A stretch of DNA of 64,000 nucleotides from Eledone cirrhosa (GCA_964016885.1 OZ024741.1:395498001-395562000), one strand, 5' to 3'; shown: positions 27,756 to 41,385, numbered from the stretch's first letter. Notes: generated by a model not told the origin, from the sequence alone. Program-made: numbers and translations.

Positions 27756-28075
27756 CATCATCATTAGCATTTTTACGTCCGTTTTTCCACGCTTGCATGA
27801 GTTGGAAGGGTCTTTTTCAGCACAACATCTCTCCACTCATCGCGATCCTTTGTCATCCCTCTGTCACATGTCGATCACATATCCATATTAACGCAGTCTT
27901 CTCTCCTGTACACCACCGCGAATTTCTCTTAAATTCACCTTCACCTTACCCAAGCTCTGCTTTTCTCTTACATGGACATTGCACATCCAACAAATTATGT
28001 TAGCCTCATTTCTCTCCAGTCTACACATGTCCTCTACAGTCCCTGCCCATGTTTCACTACCATGTAGCATCACAC
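27756..28075 (-). mobile_element. Decayed RTE 3' fragment
   Basis: (CAT)n..ACGTCCGTTTTTCCACGCTTGCATG tail; [16 protein letters not shown] and QERRLR motifs. Confidence 0.8.
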
Positions 28076-28572
28076 TTCATGTACCCAATGAAGCATGGCT
28101 GCTTCGTTCCGCTCCAGTCTACACATGTCCTCTACAGTCTCTGCCCATGTCTTACTACCATGTAGCATCACACTTCATGTACCCAATGAAGCATGGCTGC
28201 TTCGTTCCGCTCCAGTCTACACATGTCCTCTACAGTCCCTGCCCATGTCTTACTACCATGTAGTATCACACTTCATGTACCCAATGAAGCATGGCTGCTT
28301 CGTTCCGCTCCAGTCTACACATGTCCTCTACAGTCCCTGCCCATGTCTTACTACCATGTAGCATCACACTTCATGTACCCAATGAAGCATGGCTGCTTCG
28401 TTCCTCTCCAGTCTACACATGTCCTCTACAGTCCCTGACCATGTCTTACTACCATGTAGCATCACACTTCATGTACCCAATGAAGCATGGCTGCTTTGTT
28501 CCGCTCCAGTCTACACATGTCCTCTACAGTGCCTGACCATGTCTTACTACCATGTAGCATCACACTTCATGT
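28013..28572. repeat. 98-bp minisatellite (about 5.7 copies) derived from RTE coding sequence
   Basis: Period 98 (track ORFs at 28095, 28193, 28291, 28389); the unit reads MLHGSKTWA..RLERNEAAML on the minus strand. Confidence 0.92.
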
Positions 28573-28938
28573 AGGTACTCAATGAAGTACTGGGACATGT
28601 AACTGGATCACTCCACAGTCTCGCTTTCTAAAGTGAAACTGTTTAGAGAAGAAACGTTATTTCAGTACTGGACATAGCGTAGTTTGATGCTCCGGTAAAA
28701 TATAGAGTGAAGTGATTTGAATCCCAGGCTCAGCTGTACCCGACTGACCCTACCTCGGATGGGTCCCAATCAAGAGTTACGGAAACCCTCCTTATCTTGA
28801 CTTTGAAACTCTAAGTTAGTTTTTAGGGGCTCGATTGGGGATCCAGATATTATGCTAAGTAACTGTATATCTAAGACTGATATACAACTTATACAACAAT
28901 TAACTGAAGGTGAAAGCAAACCTGATGTTGCAGCCATA

Positions 28939-28970
<32 letters not shown>

Positions 28971-29120
28971 GTCATCGTCGTCATCGCCGTCATCGTCATC
29001 GCCGTCGTCATCGTCGATTGTTATCATCATCATCATCATTAACATCACTATACCAACAACATGATATATTTATCCTCCATATAAACCATGTTCTGTGACG
29101 TAGCTCCTCTTTCTCCACAG

Positions 29121-29240
29121 CCACCGAATGCCACAAGGCACAATTCAAATGCAAGAACAAGAAATGTATTCCAAAGTCTTTTCGATGTGATGGCCACCCG
29201 GATTGTGGTTCCGGGGACATCTCAGACGAAGTCGATTGCC
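29121..29240 (+). CDS. SCO-spondin-like gene, exon G (LDLa 3)
   Basis: ctccacag|...|gtgagt; [39 protein letters not shown]. Confidence 0.95.
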
Positions 29241-29261
29241 GTGAGTTTATTTCATGAACTA

Positions 29262-29316
29262 CCATACACACACACACAGAGACACACACACATACACACA
29301 GACATACACACAGGCA

Positions 29317-29368
<52 letters not shown>

Positions 29369-30712
29369 CACACATACACACACACACAAGCACACATACA
29401 CACACACACACAGGCACACAGACACACACACACAGGCACACATACATACACACACACAGGCACACACACAAGGCACACATACATACATACACAGGCACAC
29501 ATACACACACACACACACATACACACACACACAGGCACACATACACACACACACACACATACACACACACACAGGCACACATACACACACACACAAGCAC
29601 ACATACACACACACACAGGCACACACACACACAGGCACACATACACACACACAGGCACACACACATACAGGCACACATACACACACACACAGGCACACAC
29701 AAACACACAGGCACACATCTATACACACGCACACAGGCACACATACACACACACAGGCACACACACATACACACACAGGCACACACACACACACACAGGC
29801 ACACACACATACACACACAGGCACACACACATACACACACACAGGCATACATACATACGCACGCACACATACACACACACAGGCACACATACATACGCAC
29901 GCACACATACACACACACAAGCACATATACACACAGGTACACACACATACACACACACAAGAACACATACACACACACAGGTACACACACAGGCACACAC
30001 ACAGGCACACATACATACATACACAGACACACATACCCCCACACACACAGGCACACATACACACACACAGGCACACATACATACATACACAGACACACAT
30101 ACCCCCACACACACAGGCACACATACACACACACAGGTATACATACATACATACATACACACACACACAGGCACACACACACACACAGGCACACATACAT
30201 ACACACACGCAGGCATACATACACACACAGGCACACGTACATGCACACAGGCACACATACATACACACAGACACATACACACACACACACCAGGCATACA
30301 TACATACACACACACAGGCACACATACACACACACACAGGCACACATACACACACAAACAGGCACACACACAGGCACACATACATACACACACACATACA
30401 TACACACATACACAGGCACACATGCATACACACACACACACATACATACATATACACAGGCACACATACACACACACAAGCACACATACATACACACACT
30501 CACACACACACATACACATACAAACATTCATACACAAACATACATACATACATGCATACATACATACATACATACATACACACATACATACATACATTCA
30601 TACACAAACATACATGCATACATACGTACATACACACATACATACACATACATATATACACACATACACTCATAGATACATATATACATTCATAGATTCA
30701 CATACACCCACA
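29262..30712. repeat. Degenerate (CA)n array with recurring ACAGGCAC motif
   Basis: Direct sequence. Confidence 0.95.
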
Positions 30713-30927
30713 TAGGATGGCTTCCCCCTCGTTATCGAGTATGGCCATTGCACGTTACACCATTATTAATAATTATTAATTAATTCTATCGTGCAATGCC
30801 TGTGCGTGAAGATATTTTTTAAAGTGAGGAAAGACTGTGCACTGAGCCAATCCCACTCTCTGAGAGACAGTAGCTATAACCCGAAAAGAAGAAAAGATCA
30901 ACATCATCTGTAACTACTGAGCCGCAG

Positions 30928-30988
<61 letters not shown>

Positions 30989-30990
<2 letters not shown>

Positions 30991-31244
30991 GGAGGGTCAT
31001 ATTTGTGTAATATATTGCCAGAATTAATAACAGAACACACTCACTGTTTGGTTGGTTTTCGCTTTTCGCTTCTGTGTCTTCTATATCGGTAATCAAATTT
31101 ATTTGAATAAATTTGATTACCGATATAGATTACTGTTATTAATTCTGGCATTATTACACAAATATGACCCTCCCCAAGTATAACAATATTTGTTTCGACA
31201 CACGATTTCATATAAAAAAACCTCGCAAAACTAATTCATCGCTG

Positions 31245-31246
<2 letters not shown>
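30989..31246. mobile_element. Nested fold-back element in TA repeat; related to 26993-27260
   Basis: Outer arms about 30989-31033 / 31133-31175; inner hairpin of about 24 bp at 31080-31129. Confidence 0.65.
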
Positions 31247-31285
<39 letters not shown>

Positions 31286-31379
31286 TACAGCCACATACAT
31301 ACACATGCATATATACACATATACACATACATACACATATATATATATATATATATACATACACATATACACACATACG

Positions 31380-31419
<40 letters not shown>

Positions 31420-31566
31420 TACACATATATATATACACATATATATATGTATATATATATGTATATATATATGTATACATATATACATAAATTTATATAT
31501 ATATATACAGTATATATATATACACACATACACAGACATACATGCGTACATACACAAGTACCTACA

Positions 31567-31648
<82 letters not shown>

Positions 31649-31911
31649 CATACATATATGTACACACACATACATACACATATATACATACACATACACA
31701 TATGTATACACATACACACAATTTATTTAAAAGATTTAAAATAAATTTTCGTTCTTAAGAGCGAAGTCAGACGTCTGTGTCAGGCTCGTCTGTCTTCGTG
31801 AAACCTTTGGTAAATGAAATAATTATCTCATGTTGCTTATTACATAACTAAAAAGCTCTGTAGTCTACATAGAGCACTCGCTTTTTCTTTACCTTTCCTA
31901 CGGAAATGCTT

Positions 31912-31973
<62 letters not shown>

Positions 31974-32130
31974 AAAGAATAGAGATGTAACACACAAGTT
32001 ATTATATATTGGTAAACGGAATAGAAAATGCTGACAAATTGTTCACAGTTGAAAAATGGTTTAATTAGGAATCAAAGAGTATTAGTGATTGTATGGGTTA
32101 GTATTCAGTTGTGGTTTTAAGTTTTTAAGT

Positions 32131-32168
32131 TTTTACCGGTTGCGCATTTCTAAATGCTTTTCAAAAAT
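32131..32168 (-). ncRNA. Hammerhead motif, U3-A8 variant with A13C change (left arm)
   Basis: Reverse strand: TTT-TTGAAAA-GCATT-TAGA-AATGC-GCA-ACCGGT-A-AAA. Confidence 0.6.
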
Positions 32169-32493
32169 AATTTTGAGATAGAGTGTCCGTGCTGTTTGCT
32201 CTGATCTGATTAGTTTTGGGAATTCTACCTGTTTTTATGTTTAAAAAGTGGCTCCAGCGTTATTTTTGTGTTGCAAAAATGCTTGTGGTCAAAACAATTT
32301 TGATTGGTCGGTAGAGGTCATGTGAATGTAAAAAGTTGATTTTGCGCCAAGACTGTTTTTATGTTAAAAAAGTGGCTCCAGCAAAAATTCTTGGTCAAAA
32401 CAATTTTGATTGGTCGGTAGAGGTCATGTGGATAAAAAATTGGTTTTGCGCCAAGATTGAGAAATGACTCTTTCACAACAAATATGTGTGTGT

Positions 32494-32563
<70 letters not shown>

Positions 32564-32634
32564 AGTAGTAGTAGTAAGGTGTTCGATGCTGCGACAATGG
32601 CCAGCAGCGATGTGTGTCAAATGGCTATTAAGAT

Positions 32635-32685
<51 letters not shown>

Positions 32686-32855
32686 GCAGAGTAATTCGAT
32701 GGTCAGTAAGAATGTGTCTGAAAGCAATGGGGGGTATTTTAGCATGTCAAAAGATATTTTTCAGCTTTTGTCTTATACGGAGAAGTGCCTGTGTGTGTGT
32801 GTGTGTGTGTATAAGTCTCTTTGTATGTTGATGTACGCGTGTGTATGTGTTTGTG

Positions 32856-32895
<40 letters not shown>

Positions 32896-33209
32896 TGGAC
32901 CATTATTTTTTTCCCCCTGGTAAAATGGTGTACATTATTCGATTTTTTCAGTAAAATCGATTCTCTTAATAGAACATCAAAAATCTTAACAATAAAAGGT
33001 GTGAAATGATATTCACTATATATATATACACATACATATATTCACTACATACATATATATACATATATACATACATATATATGCACATATATTTTTTTGT
33101 ATTGCACCATAGAGCATGTGTGTTTACGTGTGTCATTGTGTTTATATGTGGGTAGAGATGTGTGCTGATGTAGGTATGTATGTTGACGTGTGTATGTTGT
33201 GGGTTCGTC

Positions 33210-33555
33210 TTAGGGAGAAGTGTTTAGACGGGGTCCGTATTTGTTAATGAAGTAAGATTCCTTGCTGATGCGCTGGGTGTGGGTGGCATTATCTTTAAAT
33301 TTGTAGAGGGGAAAGATTCTGAAGTTGGGATGATTTTGGGCGGCACAGGTATCAATGTGTTCACTCAGTGGTATTTTCCTGTATTCCCGTATTTTAATTT
33401 GGGATCTATGGACAGTCATGCGTTGGCGGAGGCTGTTTTTGGTCTGGCCTATGTATTGTTCTCGACAACCTGAACAAGTTAATACATATATTAGATTTTC
33501 CGATGCACATGTGAAATTGTGTTTTACTATAAAACGTTGTCCATCTTTGAAATAT
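33210..33555 (-). pseudogene. GIY-YIG endonuclease fragment (Neptune-like PLE)
   Basis: HNFTCASENLIYVLTCSGCREQYIGQTKNSLRQRMTVH...LSEHIDTC...RISKESYFINKYGPRLN. Confidence 0.85.
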
Positions 33556-33978
33556 TTCAGAATCTTTCCCCTCTAGAAATTTAAAGATAATGCCACCCAC
33601 ACCCAGCGCATCAGCAAGGAATCTTACTTCATTAACAAATACGGACCCCGTCTAAACACTTCTCCCTAAGACGAACTCACAACATACACACGTCAACATA
33701 CATACCTACATCAGCACACATCTCTACCCACATATAAACACAATGACACACGTAAACACATGCTCTATGGTGCAATACAAAAAAATATATGTGCATATAT
33801 ATGTATGTATATATGTATATATATATATGTAGTGAATATATGTATGTGTATATATATATAGTGAATATCATTTCACACCTTTTATTGTTAAGATTTTTTA
33901 TGTTCTATTAAGAGAACCGATTTTACTGAAAAAATCGAATAATGTACACCATTTTACCAGGGGGAAAAAAATACTGGT

Positions 33979-34031
<53 letters not shown>

Positions 34032-34197
34032 CACAAACACATACACACGCGTACATCAACATACAAAGAGACTTATACACACACACACACACACGCACTT
34101 CTCCGTATAAGACAAAAGCTGAAAAATATCTTTTGACATGCTAAAATACCCCCCATTGCTTTCAGACACATTCTTACTGACCATCGAATTACTCTGC

Positions 34198-34232
<35 letters not shown>

Positions 34233-34327
34233 ATCTTAATAGCCATTTGACACACATCGCTGCTGGCCATTGTCGCAGCATCGAACACCTTACTACTACT
34301 ACTACACACACACACACACATATATAT

Positions 34328-34407
<80 letters not shown>

Positions 34408-34721
34408 TTGTTGTGAAAGAGTCATTTCTCAATCTTGGCGCAAAACCAATTTTTTATCCACATGACCTCTACCGACCAATCAAAATTGTTTTGACCAAGA
34501 ATTTTTGCTGGAGCCACTTTTTTAACATAAAAACAGTCTTGGCGCAAAATCAACTTTTTACATTCACATGACCTCTACCGACCAATCAAAATTGTTTTGA
34601 CCACAAGCATTTTTGCAACACAAAAATAACGCTGGAGCCACTTTTTAAACATAAAAACAGGTAGAATTCCCAAAACTAATCAGATCAGAGCAAACAGCAC
34701 GGACACTCTATCTCAAAATTA

Positions 34722-34759
34722 TTTTTGAAAAGCATTTAGAAATGCGCAACCGGTAAAAA
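34722..34759 (+). ncRNA. Hammerhead motif, U3-A8 variant with A13C change (right arm)
   Basis: Same motif as 32131-32168, on the + strand. Confidence 0.6.
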
Positions 34760-34876
34760 CTTAAAAACTTAAAACCACAACTGAATACTAACCCATACAA
34801 TCACTAATACTCTTTGATTCCTAATTAAACCATTTTTCAACTGTGAACAATTTGTCAGCATTTTCTATTCCGTTTA

Positions 34877-34922
<46 letters not shown>

Positions 34923-35103
34923 AAGGTTATATTTAATTTGTTGGGATTCAACAAGCTTAAACATTTTTATAACTGATATAAAGCACTCAACAGATTAGTG
35001 GAGTAAATATTCAATATATTATCTCCACTATCCAGGGAACTTCAGCCGTTAAGGTTGTCTTTTTTCCGGGTATGTCAATATTTATTTATAAAACAAATCT
35101 GTG

Positions 35104-35165
35104 TTTTATCTGATGAAAGCGCACTATAATTTGCCTTGGTTGCCTTTGAAATATATATAATAAAA
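35104..35165 (+). ncRNA. Type I hammerhead ribozyme (canonical core, imperfect stem II)
   Basis: TTTTAT-CTGATGA-[AAGCGCA..TGCCTTT]-GAA-ATATATAT-A-ATAAAA; stem I TTTTAT/ATAAAA; palindromic stem III. Confidence 0.65.
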
Positions 35166-35276
35166 TAATTATGGTTTTATAAATATAGTTTCCATTTATT
35201 AATATATTGTATATATATATATATATATATATACAATATTAATTAAATGGAAAACTATATTTATAAAACCATATTT

Positions 35277-35340
35277 ATTTCATTATATATATTTCGGGGA
35301 TATCATATTAACAATATGCTATGCCTTCATCAGACAAAAT
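35277..35340 (-). ncRNA. Type I hammerhead ribozyme (canonical core)
   Basis: Reverse strand: ATTTTGT-CTGATGA-A-GGCATAGCATATT-GTT-AATATGATATCCCC-GAA-ATATATAT-A-ATGAAAT. Confidence 0.75.
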
Positions 35341-35506
35341 ACAATATAAACAGTTTTATAGATAAATATATTCGACATACCGTAATAAACTTCAACTTCA
35401 TTTGAAGAGGTTTACGCTAGCAAATATACTCCAAATATTTGTCGAGTGCTTTTATATCAGTTATAAATATTTACTAGTTGTAACCCAACAATTTTAAATA
35501 TAACTT

Positions 35507-35585
<79 letters not shown>

Positions 35586-35595
35586 GTATACATAT

Positions 35596-35657
<62 letters not shown>

Positions 35658-35755
35658 ATTCGTATTCATTTCCCTAATTCGCGTGTTTCTTTTGCCATGC
35701 CTCGTTCACTAAATAACCCCATTGCTGATATGTCATGTTTGTCCTCGTTTTAAAG

Positions 35756-35875
35756 TCACTGAAAAATGCAAAGTTCGTGAGTTCACGTGTATCACCTCTG
35801 GTAAATGTATTCCAATGGTAAGGAAATGTGATGGACATGACGACTGCGGAGATGCAAGTGATGAAATCGGCTGCA
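35756..35875 (+). CDS. SCO-spondin-like gene, exon H (LDLa 4)
   Basis: tttaaag|...|gtaagt; [39 protein letters not shown]; phase 1 to 1. Confidence 0.93.
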
Positions 35876-36367
35876 GTAAGTCTTTAAACCTTTAGCATTT
35901 AAACCAGCCGTATCCGGCCAGAATTTTCTCACCTCTTTCTGTTCAAACTGGCCATAACTGGCCACTCATTATGATGTTTTTATGTTATTTATGTAATTTA
36001 TGTAATTTATTTACATTATTATTAACTCTGAAGCCGAGAATCATTCGGTTTCCTAAATAGAATTTTAGTCTACGACTTCAGTTATACCATGAACGTGGTT
36101 TTGTCTTTGCGTGTAATTGTTTTCACCGCTCGCTCCAAATAATGACGTATTATCTTCGTTTTTTCCGTTCTTTGCCAGGGAACGTCTCCACGAACCGAAG
36201 TATCGTCTTCCTGTCTTCCTCCGGTTGCAACATTTTTCGAAATATTCACTTCTGCGTCCACAGATTGATTTTTTTTAGTTTCAGAAGATCCCGTTAAGGG
36301 TGAAAGCAGCGATTCTTTGCTTAAACTTTAATCTGTTATTTTAATAAATATATATATATATATATAT

Positions 36368-39060
36368 ATGCAGTACGTAAACAGGCACTCAAACCACCCC
36401 AAGTCGGTTATAGACGCTATAGTAAAGGGGGTATCCACCCGCGTATCCACATTGTCCGCCAACGCGGATGTGTTCAATCAGCTCGCCGACTACTACAAGG
36501 AGACTCTGGGCAGGGCCGGTTACACAGAAGCCATAGTGTACCCCAGACAAGAACAGGCCCCATAGCGAGGAACGCAAACACCCGGATACCATTAGTACTA
36601 ACATAGGTAGATATTCTACCCGTAAGCACACACATAACGGTATAGATAGGAGTATTACACACGACAGTGATGGCAACACGACGCATAGACAAATGAGGGT
36701 GCACGGGAACCCTAGTGATCCTAACACATACGGACTGAACCGTAGTAACAGTACATACCAGGACGGGGAAACTAAAGATAGTGAAGTAGATAACGCAGCA
36801 CGGAACTTTGAACATGCTAGGGATAACACCAAGATTAAGAATGCCAACAATGATAAGGCAGGATACTCGGGTAGCAGGACAAGGACCAAAACTAGGGCTA
36901 GTACACTTGTCTAGAACAACATGGTGAGTGACTGCCTTTCCACAGACTTAAGTTATAGTTCTAAGCATAGGGGTAGAATAGGAGATCACATAGGAGTAGG
37001 GCGTAACCCGAGAGAACAACATGACAATGCACACACTACTAGTAGCAGACGACGAAATAGAAACAGACCTAGACATAACATGGTTCAATGCACCATACTC
37101 GAAGCATGTAAGCACTAACGTGCCAGGTCTCTTCTTCAGGGCATTGGACGAGTGTTTCTCGCCTTCACCACATAATATTCAACCGACACACCGTGAAGTT
37201 CTCATTTTCCACGGCACCCAACATGGCAGACTACATGGCCAAGGCCAACGCATTGAAATTGAGGACACCTCACCGACTAAGCGATCAGGCCCCAGACAGG
37301 CCGGGGGTGCGAGGAGCGCACGCGGAAATGGCTAGTGGTTCTGGAGATGTGCCTGGGGGCGGAGCTGTGGCCGCGGAGGACCCCATACCTGCCAACAGAG
37401 GCCAGCTGGTGGTGAACACTGAGTCCACCACTCTGCCGGAGCACCACTTGAGGACCGGGGAGAACCCAAATAAGACGTCAGGCCCAAATAAGGGGAATTA
37501 CTATAATGATGCACGGACCTGTAACTGCCATGTTGGAGAGGAGTGCCTTCTACAGGGAATGTGCCTCACTAAGAGCGTTGTCTACAGATGTGTGGTTACC
37601 ACGCACAACGATAGGCACACATACATCGGAGCTACATCCACGACTTTTAAATCGAGGATGTATAACCAAAAGAACTCGCTCAAGGACAGGAACAAGAGAC
37701 ACTCCACCAGACTGGCGGACTTAGTATGAGGAGTCAAAGACAGTGGCATAGAGTTTGACCTCAGCTGGAGTATTGTACAGCGTGCGAATGCGTACTCGGC
37801 CGGTGAGAGGAAGTGCAAGTTATGCCTGTCCGAGGCTATGGAGATAGTAAAACTTAAAGGCGCCGCAGTCAACCTCAAATCTGAAATCATCATGGTCTGC
37901 AGACACCAACGTAAATGCACGCTCTCCGCTTTAGTGATACCGGGTGGGTCTACTTAAGGTACTACCGCCATCACAATACCAGGTGTGGCGCATGCAGCCG
38001 ACCACGATATAACACAGCATACCTATGAATGCATGACGGAACAAACTGATATCAACGACAGACCCAGCGTAACGTACCTTGGATAGCAATTTGCGGACGC
38101 CGCCTCAATATAAGTCTGATTTTGTCTACAACCCTATGTGTGGTTTTAAATTTCCAATCTTTGATTTTGGATCTTCGATCCGTGGTGTTTAATTTGCTAC
38201 TTAGATGCCGGACCTGATGCTGGTCTTAAGGTTAATGTCACAGTTAATTTTAACTTTGCCTGCCGTTGATATATACACGCCTACAACACAAGCCGCTGGC
38301 ACATTCCAATCATGCATACACTCCACGTACATTTCATATATACTGCTATGAAACACACACCCTATATATTCCATGTATACATCCACTACATGTACATCTC
38401 ATATATACTATTATGAAATAGATGTTATACACATCCACAATATATATAACTTGTTTGTGTACGCACGCAAGGTCCTCATGTGTCCACCAGCCAGGAGACC
38501 TGTATCATGTGCAGACTCTTACCCAGTACCTTACATCACCAGTCCCCATGTATATTATATAACCATATGCACCACAGCCCTCAAGTATTTTATGCAACTT
38601 TACACACACCCCAATAATGTCCGGACCCCCTCTGCATCCTTGTCATTTATACATTCCTTTTTCCAGTATTTTATTTTATATTATATTATTTTATATTATT
38701 TTATTTTACTTTATTTTATTTTATGTACGTACAGGCATTTTTTATATATATGTGCCACCCATGTTATATGTGATTAGTGCAGGGCTACTACGCGGCTATA
38801 GCATTTATGCATATTGTGCACTTCCGGGCTTATATCGCCTCGAGAACGTTGTCCCATATAATACTATGTGCACCGTGTGCACAGCTACGCATGTGAGTAC
38901 GGTTGGGAGGATATGCATCAAGTATGTGCCCTCGATATGCGCATGCGCGGGTACATGTATGTACGTGCGTCCTCGCAAATATGCATGCGCACGTGTATGG
39001 ACATGTCTGGGTGGATGTATTTGTATGAACATGTCTGTGTGAGGGTATGAATGCCTATGT
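36368..39060 (+). mobile_element. Penelope-like element (Hydra-clade type), 5'-truncated and decayed; 3' boundary uncertain
   Basis: YVNRHSNHP (RT thumb), ITWFNAPYSKHVSTNV, KFSFSTAPN, CNC..CLLQGMC, VVY..YIG, KCKLCLSE and CRH. Stops and frameshifts; coding ends at about 37956. Confidence 0.85.
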
Positions 39061-39109
39061 GTAGATCTTTCTTTTTTTCATCTGTGTATATATGTGCAGC
39101 GTCTTAACT

Positions 39110-39711
39110 GTACAGTGTGTGAGTGTAGGTATGAGTATATCAACTGTACACACTTCCCTGAGTACAGTGTGTGAGTGTAGATATGAGTATATCAACTGTA
39201 CACACTTCCCTGAGTACAGTGTGTGAGTGTAGATATGAGTATATCAACTGTACACACTTCCCTGAGTACAGTGTGTGAGTGTAGATATGAGTATATCAAC
39301 TGTACACACTTCCCTGAGTACAGTGTGTGAGTGTAGATATGAGTATATCAACTGTACACACTTCCCTGAGTACAGTGTGTGAGTGTAGATATGAGTATAT
39401 CAACTATACACACTTCCCTGAGTACAGTGTGTGAGTGTAGATATCAGTATATCAACTATACACACTTCCCTGAGTACAGTGTGTGAGTGTAGATATGAGT
39501 ATATCAACTGTACACACTTCCCTGAGTACAGTGTGTGAGTGTAGATATGAGTATATCAACTATACACACTTCCCTGAGTACAGTGTGTGAGTGTAGATAT
39601 GAGTATATCAACTGTACACACTTCCCTGAGTACAGTGTGTGAGTGTAGATATGAGTATATCAACTATACACACTTCCCTGAGTACAGTGTGTGTGTAGAT
39701 ATGAGTATATT
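39110..39711. repeat. 52-bp minisatellite, about 11.5 copies
   Basis: Unit GAGTACAGTGTGTGAGTGTAGATATGAGTATATCAACTGTACACACTTCCCT (period 39160 to 39212). Confidence 0.97.
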
Positions 39712-40386
39712 TATCAAAAATACCTTCGAAATAACTTTTTTTTTAAAGGCTGTTCCAAGCATTCATTTTAAAACGTTCTCTGTACAGAGTTTTTTTTTAT
39801 CATCTTTTTGAAATATGTATGTTTTAAGGTATTCTGAGGCTGTGTTCTTGAAACGTTATGCTAAACATTTTTCCAATTTGTTTTAAAAATTCCCTCCAAC
39901 CATTATTTACGGTGATTGTCGCATACAATACAGTTGCGGGTGTGTACGTGATCAGTGTGGGCGAGGGCGGCTACAGACAGAGAAGACGTCGAAATGCCGC
40001 CAGCAGTTCAAGCATACAACCCCTTACCTACTACAGTAGTAATTCCGATCTAAGAAACAACTTTGATTGACAGGTGGAGAATGTAAAGAACCAAATAGTG
40101 GACAACCATTAGTTGCTAGAAATACCGATGACGTGTACAATTCTTGACCACTCATGGAATGACAACAGGATCTAAGCCGACAAGCGAAGGATATCGATGT
40201 AAAAGGACATAGGAAAATCTGCTTCTTAGAATCAAGACGTATCTGAGGACCTTGCGATTTTCAGAGTCAGGTTCGATCATCACATCGATCGTGCCTAGAG
40301 CTGGTCGCCAGAGAAACGATTGTAATATGTCCAATAAATTCCATTCGTCGCAACACTGATTCTCTTTTTTTCTATTTTATATATAT

Positions 40387-40416
40387 ACTAGCATTAAAGC
40401 CCGGCGTTGCTCGGGG
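40387..40416 (+). mobile_element. Possible Helentron/HINE-type terminus
   Basis: ACTAGC...CCCGGCGTTGCTCGGG sub-terminal palindrome; other end not identified. Confidence 0.35.
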
Positions 40417-40764
40417 TCAGTAAGTTACCAAAGTTAGGTTGCACCACCCATTTTATGGCAGCACTTTTTTGTCTGCCAGGCACTGGGTGAATGAATTGCA
40501 AACCTGGACTGCCGAAACAGGAGCTGCGCCAGCAGTGACAATTGTAATTTCGCCTATGGATATTATCTCTGTGCAAATAAGTGTTGAAATTTATTGTTTC
40601 ACAGTACTTGCGCAACACTCGCGTAGATGATGCCAGCCGAACAACAGAGCTGCGATGGAGTTGTTCTGCATGGTTGTCTAATGTGTGTTTTCTAAATTTA
40701 AGACAGTAGGGAGGGTGTGATATGGGAGAGAGTTAGCTGCTGTTTCTAGCAGGTTTAGTGACCT

Positions 40765-40872
40765 CATATGGGAGACGCGCTGGAAAAGCCATTCCAACTC
40801 GCGAGGCTCACACCTGCGGCTGGCCAGCTCAGCGCCTATGGTGGTGAGTAGGGAGGTAGCCCTAGGGCCGAA
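40765..40872 (-). mobile_element. CRE-clade LINE 3' fragment
   Basis: GPRATSLLTTIGAELASRRCEPRELEWLFQRVS. Confidence 0.7.
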
Positions 40873-41040
40873 CAAATTGTATCCGGTTATAGTTAATGAA
40901 ATAATTATAAAATTATTCATTCTATCGGATTAAAGAAAATAAAGAAACCTTTAAATATACTTCTGTGCATTTTCATCTTCACTTTTTAACTATAACCTTT
41001 GTTTTGGATATCACTTTACCCACTTTTGCAACTACATACA

Positions 41041-41082
<42 letters not shown>

Positions 41083-41188
41083 TGTAGAACACTGGAGGGT
41101 TATATCCGTAGTAGTAGAGCACTCAGTCCATGGGACGAGTTTGGTAGAGAACTAACTGTTGCGGAACTACTGTATATATATATACATG

Positions 41189-41231
<43 letters not shown>

Positions 41232-41234
41232 ATG

Positions 41235-41273
<39 letters not shown>

Positions 41274-41320
41274 GCATATATGTGTGTATGTATATGTATA
41301 TATATATATATACATGTGTG

Positions 41321-41385
<65 letters not shown>

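Larger units (their letters stand above)
32009..34880. mobile_element. Penelope-like element as head-to-head inverted duplication (arms of about 1.31 kb)
   Basis: 32009-33323 is the reverse complement of 33556-34880 apart from microsatellite lengths. The centre encodes a GIY-YIG domain on the minus strand. Confidence 0.93.
34918..35512. mobile_element. Two diverged, tail-to-tail short elements (about 290 bp each), each with a hammerhead, separated by (TA)n
   Basis: 34918-35210 resembles the reverse complement of 35232-35512, with many substitutions. Confidence 0.75.

Noticed and set aside
36020-36270. Possible Tc1-like transposase N-terminus on the minus strand
   Set aside because: Too short and decayed, and no TIR pair was found.
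37727-37729. In-frame TGA in the PLE endonuclease as selenocysteine (as in Naiad PLEs)
   Set aside because: It falls at a position that I recall as Trp in related endonucleases, not Cys. The copy has other stops and frameshifts, and the endonuclease is C-terminal, unlike Naiads.
39110-39711. CRISPR-like array
   Set aside because: Units repeat in full with no unique spacers; eukaryotic context with no cas genes. The same applies to the 98-bp and 102-bp arrays.
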